DNA from: Faecousia sp.
GTDB lineage: Bacteria; Bacillota; Clostridia; Oscillospirales; Oscillospiraceae
DNA: 32,643 bases
Assembly: GCA_045660585.1 (NCBI GenBank)
Contig: JAZREB010000347.1
Span: 1 to 32,643, forward strand
Reading direction: 5' to 3'
Position numbers and translations under genes: made by a program. This document shows, piece by piece, positions 17,269 to 25,569 of this stretch. The notes under the pieces were generated by a model. It was not told the origin of the DNA and made no database searches. It worked only from the letters and a program-made list of their open reading frames with translations. Numbering within the stretch: the stretch's first letter is position 1; every line of letters starts with the position of its first letter.

Positions 17269-19605
17269 GTGCAGGATTTCGACAAAACAACTCATTTTGT
17301 TGGTGCGATAAATCAAACTGATAGTTCAGTGGTAACAATCTTTGACGGTAATTCCGTACCACGCACTATCCGACTCAATGAGTTCGGTAAAAATTTCATA
17401 TATTTCGGGCGAGATACAAAAAACGACATTGTACTCACATCCCCCCTTGTTTCCTCGGAACATGGAAGATTTGTCTATAAGGGGGATTCATGGGTGATTG
17501 AGGACAAGGAGGCTTATAAAAATACCGGCAGTAAAAACGGGTTAATCTACAACAATACAGCAATCATTTCCCGTTCCATCGGTGATGGTGACTTCATCCG
17601 AATCGACGATGGTGTGGAGACCGTTTCCGAAGGTGTTCTGTTTGTATTCTCTTCTGCTGACTCGGACAACAAGTGGCACTCTGTGCCACTGTCCGGGAAA
17701 CAGGAGTTATCCATCGGTCGTGAGGAAAGCTGCGACATCACCTTACCCCATGTGTCTGTTTCCAAAGTTCACGCCAAAATTGTCCGTGAAGGCGGTGGAT
17801 GGTATATTGTTGACAATGGCAGCACTAACGGTGTCATTGTCAACAACAAGCGTATCTCTGGCAAAGAAAAGTTGCACGAAAAAGATGTCGTTACCGTCAC
17901 CAACTCCAAACTGATATTCACATCAACAATGATCTCGTACTGTTGCTACAAGGGTGGTATCTCGGTGGATGCATCCGACATTGTTATCAAGCGCGGCAAG
18001 GGTAAAAAGTCCTTTATCACAAGCAATCATGTAAGCCTTAACATCAAACCGGGTGAACTGATTGCTATTATTGGCGGATCGGGTGCGGGCAAATCCACCA
18101 TACTGAATTGTATGTGCGGTTATCTGCAACCTACGCAGGGTGAGGTTTTCATCAACGGCGTTAATCTGTATCAAAACTTCGACTCTTTGAAAAAACTGGT
18201 GGGCTATGTGCCTCAGTCGGATATCGTATACGATAATCTGACATTGTATGATATGCTTCTGTACACCGCAAAGTTGCGTCTCCCGAAGGACACCACGCCT
18301 TCAGAGAGAGAAGCGGCTATCACCAGAGCAATAGATATGGTTGAACTACCTGAGAAACGGAATAGTCTTATTAAGTCCCTCAGTGGCGGACAGAGAAAAC
18401 GAGCCAGTATCGCCGTTGAGCTACTGTCCGATCCCAATCTTCTATTCCTCGACGAGCCAGCATCCGGTCTTGACCCCGGAACCGAGCGTAACTTGATGCA
18501 GTCTCTGCGTGGCATGGCTGATGGCGGAAAAACAGTCATTCTCGTTACCCACAGTACGCTTCAGTTAAAAATGTGTGACAAGATCGTATTCATGGGCAAG
18601 GACGGTAACCTTTGCTTCTTTGGCTCTTATTATGAAGCATTGACGTTCTTTGGAGTATCCGATATCGTTGATGTGTATAACATGATAACCGAGCAATCCA
18701 AGCAGTGGAGTGCGAAGTTTGAAAAAGCAAGAGTGGCTCCCGGCAAGGTGCGCCAGACCACCGCCGTTTCCAGCAAGTCTAAAAAGAGTCGTTTTAAGCA
18801 ACTCCGTATTTTGAGTGCACGCTATATGAAGTTGATAGTCAATGATAAACAGCGTCTATTGCTACTATTAGCACAAGCCCCATTTCTCGCTGTTCTGATT
18901 TCATTCGTTGCAGACGGAAAGCAATTTGAGCAATACGAAATGACCAAAAGCTTGTTGTTTGCCCTGTCGTGCCTAGCATTCTGGACGGGCATATTCAATG
19001 CCGTTCAAGAGATTTGCAAAGAACGTGCCATCATGAAACGTGAATACATGACAGGACTATCGCTGAGTGCTTATATATCTTCAAAGATTATTGTTCTTGG
19101 TGTTTTATGTTTGATTCAAAGTGCTATGATTACCGGCATATTTAGCTTAATGGTCGGATTGCCTAATGAAGGCATTATCGCTCATCCGTTCTTTGAGTTT
19201 TATGCCACAACCTTTATTACCGCCGTTGCATCCACCGCAATGGGACTCTTTGTTTCTTCTCTATTTACCAACGCAGACCGAGCTATGACTGTTGTCCCGT
19301 TTTTGCTTATGCCTCAGATTCTTTTTTCTGGCTTGATCTTCAAACTAAGCGGAGCAGTGGAAATTATCTCTTGGTTTGCTGTGTGCCGGTGGAGCATGGA
19401 AGGCTATGGAACTACAGCAAACCTGAATGATCTGCCTCTAAGGTTGCAGCAGGAGGGTATTATGATTCCTCACGAAGCGGAGGCATTCTTTGAATACACA
19501 ACCTCCCATTTTCTCACATCCTGGGGGATTTTAGTTCTCTATACTGTTGTTTTCTTGCTCTTTGCAAGGATTGTTCTATCGAAGATTGGGAAGGAAAAAT
19601 CGTAA
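17269..19605 (+). CDS. FHA-FHA-ABC ATPase-ABC2 permease fusion (Rv1747-like architecture)
   Basis: Two FHA domains (GR..VS..H..S.NG twice), GGSGAGKST, LSGGQRKR, FLDEP and C-terminal TM helices with KER.I..RE. Confidence 0.95.
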   Translation: MQDFDKTTHFVGAINQTDSSVVTIFDGNSVPRTIRLNEFGKNFIYFGRDTKNDIVLTSPLVSSEHGRFVYKGDSWVIEDKEAYKNTGSKNGLIYNNTAIISRSIGDGDFIRIDDGVETVSEGVLFVFSSADSDNKWHSVPLSGKQELSIGREESCDITLPHVSVSKVHAKIVREGGGWYIVDNGSTNGVIVNNKRISGKEKLHEKDVVTVTNSKLIFTSTMISYCCYKGGISVDASDIVIKRGKGKKSFITSNHVSLNIKPGELIAIIGGSGAGKSTILNCMCGYLQPTQGEVFINGVNLYQNFDSLKKLVGYVPQSDIVYDNLTLYDMLLYTAKLRLPKDTTPSEREAAITRAIDMVELPEKRNSLIKSLSGGQRKRASIAVELLSDPNLLFLDEPASGLDPGTERNLMQSLRGMADGGKTVILVTHSTLQLKMCDKIVFMGKDGNLCFFGSYYEALTFFGVSDIVDVYNMITEQSKQWSAKFEKARVAPGKVRQTTAVSSKSKKSRFKQLRILSARYMKLIVNDKQRLLLLLAQAPFLAVLISFVADGKQFEQYEMTKSLLFALSCLAFWTGIFNAVQEICKERAIMKREYMTGLSLSAYISSKIIVLGVLCLIQSAMITGIFSLMVGLPNEGIIAHPFFEFYATTFITAVASTAMGLFVSSLFTNADRAMTVVPFLLMPQILFSGLIFKLSGAVEIISWFAVCRWSMEGYGTTANLNDLPLRLQQEGIMIPHEAEAFFEYTTSHFLTSWGILVLYTVVFLLFARIVLSKIGKEKS

Positions 19606-19606
19606 T

Positions 19607-20893
19607 ATGGAAGACCATGATATAAGAGATTATGATTTCACAGACGCTGCCTGGGAGTCCTTGTATGATGCAGTTGATGACACGCAGTTCCTCGACAAAG
19701 ATGCACATCTCATCTACAACTCTCTCAGGCACCGCTTGAAAATCCGTTCATTCGGTGATTACCTTAAGCGGTATATATATGAGAAAGCCGAGCTAACAGA
19801 GCCTTTCTCGGGAATACCGATCAAAGAGTATCAACTGATTATCCGTAATGCGTTTTCGGACAATCATACCCCTGCATCGTTTACTGGCACGACCGCCAAA
19901 TTGAGCGCACTTTCTAAAAATTGGCTCACACAGCAAACGGTAAAGCGGAATGTGGTATTCTTGTTGGGCTTCGGACTCAATATGAGTGTTGACGATGTTA
20001 ATATGTTTCTGACCAAGGCTCTTCGCGAACAGGAAATTAATCCCAAAAATCCGTTTGAGGTGATATGTTGGTACTGCTATCATAAACGGTTCAACTACCT
20101 CAAGTTTGAACAACTGTGGCGGATTTATAATGAATCCCAACCGAACGCTCTTGACATGGGGCATTTTTATGGTGAACAAACCATCGGTGTCAGACACTCT
20201 ATGCACTCAATCCACGATGATGCCACCCTAATTGCTCATCTTGCAAAATTGAAGGCAACAGAGGATATGTCTGCGATGAGTTTTACTGCCAAAAAGTGTT
20301 TTGACAGTCTGTACGATGAGGCTAGAGAATTGATTGCCCGGATGTACAATGCATACGAAGACACCGAGTATGAGGAAGCAATTCAAGAATACATCCACCG
20401 GCTATCATTCAACGATCGCTTGTCCGACTCAGAAAAGCAAAAACGCATTGAGCAGCTCCGATCAAAGAAGAAAGTCTTCAGTAAGGATGACATCACCGAG
20501 AGCGACATAGAGCATATCATCTGTGCCGCTATACCGACTGATCGGCATGGTAATCTGACTCCCAGCAAGGCCTCCAGGCTAAATGAACAATTTGCCGGAA
20601 GACGGTTTAGTCGTCAGCGTACCGGAGATATTCTTTCCGGGAAAACAGAGGTCACACGCTTTGAATTGATTACGCTTAATTTCTTTGTGTTCTCGCAGAA
20701 ATTGGATACGTATCCCGACCCTAAAGAGAGGTATCTGAAGTTCCACAAAACCACCGATGAAATACTCGAACGGTGTTTCCTTGGGAAGATGTACATCCAA
20801 AATCCCTATGAGTGTTTCGTTCTGATGTGCATTCTGTCGGACGACCCATTGGGTACATACGCTGATGTATGGGAACTGTCTTATCATCAATAA
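19607..20893 (+). CDS. Hypothetical protein, possibly DNA-binding
   Basis: Long ORF, ATG 1 bp after the ABC gene stop; RNVVFLLGFGLNMSVDDVNMFL resembles the C-terminal part of XRE-like domains. Confidence 0.7.
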   Translation: MEDHDIRDYDFTDAAWESLYDAVDDTQFLDKDAHLIYNSLRHRLKIRSFGDYLKRYIYEKAELTEPFSGIPIKEYQLIIRNAFSDNHTPASFTGTTAKLSALSKNWLTQQTVKRNVVFLLGFGLNMSVDDVNMFLTKALREQEINPKNPFEVICWYCYHKRFNYLKFEQLWRIYNESQPNALDMGHFYGEQTIGVRHSMHSIHDDATLIAHLAKLKATEDMSAMSFTAKKCFDSLYDEARELIARMYNAYEDTEYEEAIQEYIHRLSFNDRLSDSEKQKRIEQLRSKKKVFSKDDITESDIEHIICAAIPTDRHGNLTPSKASRLNEQFAGRRFSRQRTGDILSGKTEVTRFELITLNFFVFSQKLDTYPDPKERYLKFHKTTDEILERCFLGKMYIQNPYECFVLMCILSDDPLGTYADVWELSYHQ

Positions 20894-21100
20894 TCGAATA
20901 TCACCTTCAACCAGAGGGATCGTTCAGTTTATGGACGGTCCCTCTTTTGCGGTAAAACGCATTTTACAAGTGCCAATGGCAACCGACTATAATAAAGGCA
21001 CAGCAACAAACACAGCAAACAGATCCGGTAAAACCGAATTTACAGAACCAAATTGCTAAAGGATATAATGAAAACAGATAAACCAAAAGGGGTAACGAGC

Positions 21101-21559
21101 ATGAAAAAAGCTATCTTAATCATCAATTCCGTAGTGCTGCTTCTCGCAGTGGTCGTTGGAGGCTTCGGTTTTTACATCGTAAACACTCCTGAGTATGCGC
21201 TTAAGAGCATTATTGAAGATGTAAACTCTTCCGGTATGGAGGCGTTGGAACCTCACCTGACCGGCAAAGCAAAAAAACCGCTGGATACAGTTTCTTCCGT
21301 TGTTGAAAGTGGCCTGTTCAATACGATCATGGGTTTCATCAATCAGAATGACTACATCGGAGTTCTGAAATCTGAAATTCAAGAAATACGGTGGGAGGTT
21401 GATGATGTTCTAAAAAGCAAAGAGAATGCCGCAGTTGTCCTCTCCTTCAATTATGAGGATAAGCTAATTGGCACAATCAAGATTTCCATGATTAGAGAGG
21501 AGGGAGAATGGAAAGTTGATAGCATCGAATTCCCGGAATTCACGGAAATTAACCGGTAA
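21101..21559 (+). CDS. Membrane-anchored hypothetical protein (possible NTF2-like fold)
   Basis: N-terminal TM, TPEYAL and C-terminal M.REEGEWKV motif. Confidence 0.7.
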   Translation: MKKAILIINSVVLLLAVVVGGFGFYIVNTPEYALKSIIEDVNSSGMEALEPHLTGKAKKPLDTVSSVVESGLFNTIMGFINQNDYIGVLKSEIQEIRWEVDDVLKSKENAAVVLSFNYEDKLIGTIKISMIREEGEWKVDSIEFPEFTEINR

Positions 21560-21628
21560 CCTTCCGGGGGCTGTGCTGAACAGCCTGGTTACATCCACAC
21601 TTCACAACAAGAAAGCGAGGTTATCCCC

Positions 21629-22078
21629 ATGAAAAAACGAATTCTTTCCGTTGTGCTTACCCTGCTTATGGTCTTCTCAATGATTCCTGTAGCATCGCTG
21701 ACAGCACACGCAGCAACAAGCGCAAAAACCGAATCTTCGGCCTACTGCACCGTCAGAATCAGCCAGTCGCTTATCAATAAGCGCGGCAAGCAGTATGCTA
21801 CTGTAAAGATCAAAACCTATGATATGACTGGCTGGTACAACACCGGTGCCAAAGTCAGAATCACCTTGAGAGACGGCAATGGTAGATATATCTGTAGTTG
21901 GATTGGCAAGGGTGGCGACACATTGAAGCTTGGTGACGACCACAGCGTTTACCGTATCTATGTAAGCTATTATGATAATCCCGGAAACAACTTCATCTCT
22001 CAGGGCAACAACTTTACAAACCTTGGAGCATCATACAAATGGAAAATTTCCAACCCCAAAAACTGTAGTATTTCTTAG
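21629..22078 (+). CDS. Secreted basic beta-rich hypothetical protein
   Basis: GAGG RBS; Sec signal peptide MKKRILSVVLTLLMVFSMIPVASLTAHA. Confidence 0.8.
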   Translation: MKKRILSVVLTLLMVFSMIPVASLTAHAATSAKTESSAYCTVRISQSLINKRGKQYATVKIKTYDMTGWYNTGAKVRITLRDGNGRYICSWIGKGGDTLKLGDDHSVYRIYVSYYDNPGNNFISQGNNFTNLGASYKWKISNPKNCSIS

Positions 22079-22280
22079 TTGGTCTTACAAAGACTGAAAG
22101 GAGATCTCGGATATCAACTCTTGGTTCCTATCTGCTCTTCAGTAGCTTCATGTTCGCAGTTGGATATTTCAAACTGTATTGATTTTACATCTTGAGTTCT
22201 GAAATAAAAATCTTCCAGTAGAGTATTTTGTTCTCTTCCATTACTATATGGACTTTTTGCCTTCTTGATCTCTACCCCTG

Positions 22281-22316
22281 AAAAAGGACTGCCGTAGAAT
22301 TACGACAGTCCTTTTT
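22281..22316. terminator. Bidirectional terminator
   Basis: AAAAAGGACTGCCGTA / TACGACAGTCCTTTTT. Confidence 0.85.
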
Positions 22317-22317
22317 G

Positions 22318-22533
22318 TCATTGGGTGAACAGGAGAATCAGGTCGCTGATGATATCGGCGGCATCTGCTCTTTCCTCCTATAGCAGTTGCTTTCGCCACT
22401 GGATGAGGAAGATGAGGATCAGTCTTGTGTCCTGTGGCTCGAAGCGGAATTTCTTTCTGCGATGGGGCTTCGTGTGATTTGCCTTCTGTACCACCTGAGA
22501 GAGAATGTCATTTGCGGACCTGTTTGTTTGCAC
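22318..22533 (-). pseudogene. Possible degenerate small ORF downstream of parB
   Basis: Protein-like frame (...KKFRFEPQDTRLILIFLIQWRKQLL*EERADAADIISDLILLFTQ*) with one internal TAG, ending at the terminator. Confidence 0.3.
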
Positions 22534-22604
22534 TTCATAATCACACAATTGCTAAGAAACGGATAATTCAAGAATGAAATTGTGATGGAAGAAGTTTGCT
22601 TAAC

Positions 22605-23531
22605 CTATCTACATTGCTCTTTTTTGCGGTCGAGGAAGTGTTTGTAGTGTTGCAGGGCTTTGAGGATGTATTCTTCCTGCTGTTTTACGGAAAGCATTTT
22701 AGGAAGATAGGGTTTTAGGCGGTCGGTGTGGAGGCTAATTTTTTCTTGTTGGTTGGGTTTGGGTTGGCTCATGATGGATAGGATGGTGTCCGGAGTGAGG
22801 TGTCCGGATTTGGATTGATTCTTCATTTGGATGGCTTGGGGCAGAGAGGGGGTGGCATCTTCATAGGAGATGGTTTCCAGTAGGGCTCTCTGTTCTTTTT
22901 CAGTCAGGTAAGACAGCTCTACTGCCGTATGAAATGCGATCCGTCGTTGATCTACCATGGTGAGAAGTTCGGGGAGCAGCTTGGTTAAGCGGACATACCG
23001 ATAAACTTGGGCTTGGCTTTCACCTGTTTGGTCGGCTAAAATTTCCCTTGAGTACTTTTGTTCCACCGGAGCAGAGGTACTTTTTCTCTGTCCTTGTCGA
23101 TTCGTGGCATCCAAACGCATTTTGTATGACCATGCCTTTTCGCTGGGCAAGATCACTGAGCGTTGGAGATTGGAGTCCACCATTAAGATCACTGCCTCAT
23201 CCCTATCCAGTGTCCGAATCTCGGCTTTGACTGTAGACAGACAGGCAATCTCACAGGCCTTCTTCCTGCGGTGTCCGGATATGATCTCATATCTTCCATT
23301 GGGCTTTTCTCTGAGGGTTACAGGTGTGATAATGCCGTTGGTACGGATGCTTTCTACAAGCCGGTCCATATCCTCATCTATCTTCACCTGAAAGGGATGC
23401 TCTTGAAAATCATCGATCAGTTCAATGGGAACTTCTCTGATTTGGGAAAGATGTCTTTTCTGTGAGGACTTCTCAGACTTCAGCAATTCCTCCACGGTAA
23501 TTGCATCTGACGCAGTTGGTTTTTTCTTCAT
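22605..23531 (-). CDS. ParB/RepB/Spo0J family partition protein
   Basis: HPF, LVESIRTNGIITP, YEIISGHRR, MVDSNLQR..ILPSEKA and an HTH; GAGGAGG RBS. Confidence 0.93.
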   Translation of the reverse strand: MKKKPTASDAITVEELLKSEKSSQKRHLSQIREVPIELIDDFQEHPFQVKIDEDMDRLVESIRTNGIITPVTLREKPNGRYEIISGHRRKKACEIACLSTVKAEIRTLDRDEAVILMVDSNLQRSVILPSEKAWSYKMRLDATNRQGQRKSTSAPVEQKYSREILADQTGESQAQVYRYVRLTKLLPELLTMVDQRRIAFHTAVELSYLTEKEQRALLETISYEDATPSLPQAIQMKNQSKSGHLTPDTILSIMSQPKPNQQEKISLHTDRLKPYLPKMLSVKQQEEYILKALQHYKHFLDRKKEQCR

Positions 23532-23765
23532 TTTGTTTCACCTCCTCTCTGATTGGAAATGGTTGTGTTTCTGTGTGTTTTCAAATAAAACTCCTCCTTT
23601 GAGAAAATAGTAATAGCCACCATCAATCGACAGCGGCTATGTATAAAGAGGAGAATATGGAAGGAGAGCAAACTGAACAAATCAATTTGCTCTCTGCGGT
23701 TCCGAAAGTCAAGCTTTTCCGGATGATTCTATTGAGTGTTGAGGACTTTTTAAGATTTTAAGTAG

Positions 23766-23815
23766 CGTCGGCATCATGGATTGACTCACACATGGGTCAC
23801 GGCGCCGATGAGTTT
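23766..23815. other. spoIVB-5'-proximal att junction (core AC at 23790-23791)
   Basis: spoIVB frame runs CAT GT|G TGA into element sequence; CGTCGGCATCAT (23766-23777) is the reverse complement of ATGATGCCGACG (5792-5803). Confidence 0.88.
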
Positions 23816-24700
23816 GCCGTCCTGGATAATGGGACTGCCGGACATGCCCTGAACAATGCCCCCTGTTGCTTGCAGAAGGGCAGGATCCGTGACACGGAGC
23901 AACAGATTGCGGTCATGGGTCTCGGTATGGTGGATCTCGCAGATCTCTACGGTATAGGTCTGTACCTGTCGCCCATGGATCGTGGATCGGATCTGTGCCA
24001 CGCCCTTGTGCACTGTGGAAGCATCTCCTACGGGGAGGGACTCTGCACTGCCCTTTTCCATTTTACCGAAAATGCCCTGGGGTGTATTGCGTTCCACTTT
24101 ACCACAACAGGATGCCCCTTGGCAGGCACCGCGGAGACAGCCGGGCTTGCCTACCTCTCCTTTTACTACGGAAGCAACCTCCGAGGGAACCACATTCCCA
24201 TCCTTCAGTGGCATCAGGGAGCTTCCCTCACCACCGTTGACTCCGTGTCCGAGGGCTCCGAAATCTCCGTCCTCTTCGTAATAGGTGACCGTCCCGATTC
24301 CTTTCAGTTGATCCCTGACGTAGACCCCTAATTTCCACCCATCCGCTGTTTGGAGGGGAGCGAGTTTAAGGGCTTTTTCCTCCCCGTTGCGTAAGATACG
24401 AATATCCATGACCGACCCTGCCGATTCTTGTACCGCCTGTCTTAACTGTTGGGCAGAAGTGATCTCTGCGCCGTTAATACTGCAGATCAGATCTCCGGGT
24501 TTCAGTCCTACCTTCCCCGCAACATCGTTGGAAAGCTCTACCACATCGACTCCCTCCGTTGCCAGTTCCAAGCCGATAATATCCCCTCCGGGGATCAGCC
24601 GATCCGGCACCGCCGCCCATGCTCCGGTCAGGATCGATCCACACAGGATCACAGACAAAACCGCCCCGATCCCTATTCTTTTTATTCCAAATTTCTCCAT
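23786..24700 (-). CDS. spoIVB: SpoIVB peptidase (PDZ + S55), 5' segment; truncated by element insertion
   Basis: GLKPGDLI PDZ, LGVYVRD..GIGTVTY, FGALGHG and [26 protein letters not shown]; likely start MEKF at 24700; lacks the last 21 aa. Confidence 0.95.
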   Translation of the reverse strand: MEKFGIKRIGIGAVLSVILCGSILTGAWAAVPDRLIPGGDIIGLELATEGVDVVELSNDVAGKVGLKPGDLICSINGAEITSAQQLRQAVQESAGSVMDIRILRNGEEKALKLAPLQTADGWKLGVYVRDQLKGIGTVTYYEEDGDFGALGHGVNGGEGSSLMPLKDGNVVPSEVASVVKGEVGKPGCLRGACQGASCCGKVERNTPQGIFGKMEKGSAESLPVGDASTVHKGVAQIRSTIHGRQVQTYTVEICEIHHTETHDRNLLLRVTDPALLQATGGIVQGMSGSPIIQDGKLIGAVTHV

Positions 24701-24738
24701 CCTTCTGTCCCCCTTCATTCGGGAAATTCCCGTGGACT

Positions 24739-24768
24739 TACTATGCCACAAAGGTGCAGAAATCTTCC
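24739..24768 (-). promoter_or_regulatory. Putative sigG/sigF-like promoter of spoIVB
   Basis: GAAGA-N17-CATAGTA; the -10 matches well, the -35 is weak. Confidence 0.45.
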
Positions 24769-24856
24769 CTAACAAATCCTTGCTATACTGAAAGAAGATA
24801 GGGAAACTGTCTGTTGCGGAAAAATATACCGCAACAGACAGCAGGTTTACATAATA

Positions 24857-25501
24857 TCAGAGATCTTGGCAGAAATCGTAGAGAGGCTTCCAGGCCAGTA
24901 GGGTGTTTTTCACCTTTTCCGCCAGTTCCGGGGAATAGAGCAGGTCATCCGGCTCCAAATCTGCCATGGCAAAAAAGTTTTTCATAGAAAAATAAGGCTT
25001 CAGTTCTTCCTTGGGGCAGGGCTTTTGACGGGCGTAGGTATCTCCGGTAAGCTGTAGACCGCTTTCCTTTTCCGCCTGCTTCACGATTTTCAAAAATTCC
25101 TCGCTGTGGTCTGCCATTTTGATCCGCAGGAGCTCCATGGTAGCCGCCTTGGGATGGATAAAGAGGAAGCCGAAGCGGTAACCTTCCGGCCGAATCTCAA
25201 AGCACAGCCCCGGCTGCTCCAGCCAAGAGGCTCCCGGTCTGCGGATACAGAACCACAGACTCTCTTTATAAAACGTGGAGGGATGCATCCGCATATCCCG
25301 ATAGATCCGGGACAGGTGGAGCTTGGTGCCATCTTCTCCGTCGAAAGCCTCCCCGACGGAAGCCGCCAGAGCCTTCATAGGCTCAAAGAGATATTTTTGG
25401 TATTCTTCTTTATGTTCCGTAAACCATTCCCGATTGTTGTTAAATCGGATCCCCCAAAGGAAATCAATGGTTTCGGGATAAAATCCTCTGAATTCTGTCA
25501 T
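24857..25501 (-). CDS. DUF2461 family protein
   Basis: F.GF....IDFL..I..NNNREWF.EHKEEY and SRIYRD.R....YK motifs. Confidence 0.85.
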   Translation of the reverse strand: MTEFRGFYPETIDFLWGIRFNNNREWFTEHKEEYQKYLFEPMKALAASVGEAFDGEDGTKLHLSRIYRDMRMHPSTFYKESLWFCIRRPGASWLEQPGLCFEIRPEGYRFGFLFIHPKAATMELLRIKMADHSEEFLKIVKQAEKESGLQLTGDTYARQKPCPKEELKPYFSMKNFFAMADLEPDDLLYSPELAEKVKNTLLAWKPLYDFCQDL

Positions 25502-25569
25502 ATATTTCTCCTAAAATTTCTGCTCCAAACTACCAATTCTAATTTGTCGTCCTGTTAGGGGCGACACCG

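Larger units (their letters stand above)
5780..23791. mobile_element. 18,012-bp serine-recombinase integrative mobilizable element interrupting spoIVB
   Basis: Bounded by the two halves of spoIVB and symmetric att arms; encodes a large serine recombinase, MOBV relaxase with oriT, AAA_25 ATPase and ParB; no T4SS or phage structural genes. Confidence 0.92.

Noticed and set aside
23786-23791. spoIVB stop as a simple nonsense mutation or sequencing error
   Set aside because: Sequence beyond the stop has no spoIVB similarity, and the continuation is found at 5779
5780-23791. Prophage or self-transmissible ICE
   Set aside because: No capsid, terminase, tail, VirB4 or coupling-protein genes
4210-23844. 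52-bp direct repeat as the att core of the 512-aa recombinase
   Set aside because: Serine integrases use a 2-bp core, and the symmetric arms centre on AC at 5778 and 23790. The 52-bp repeat is better explained by the older insertion.
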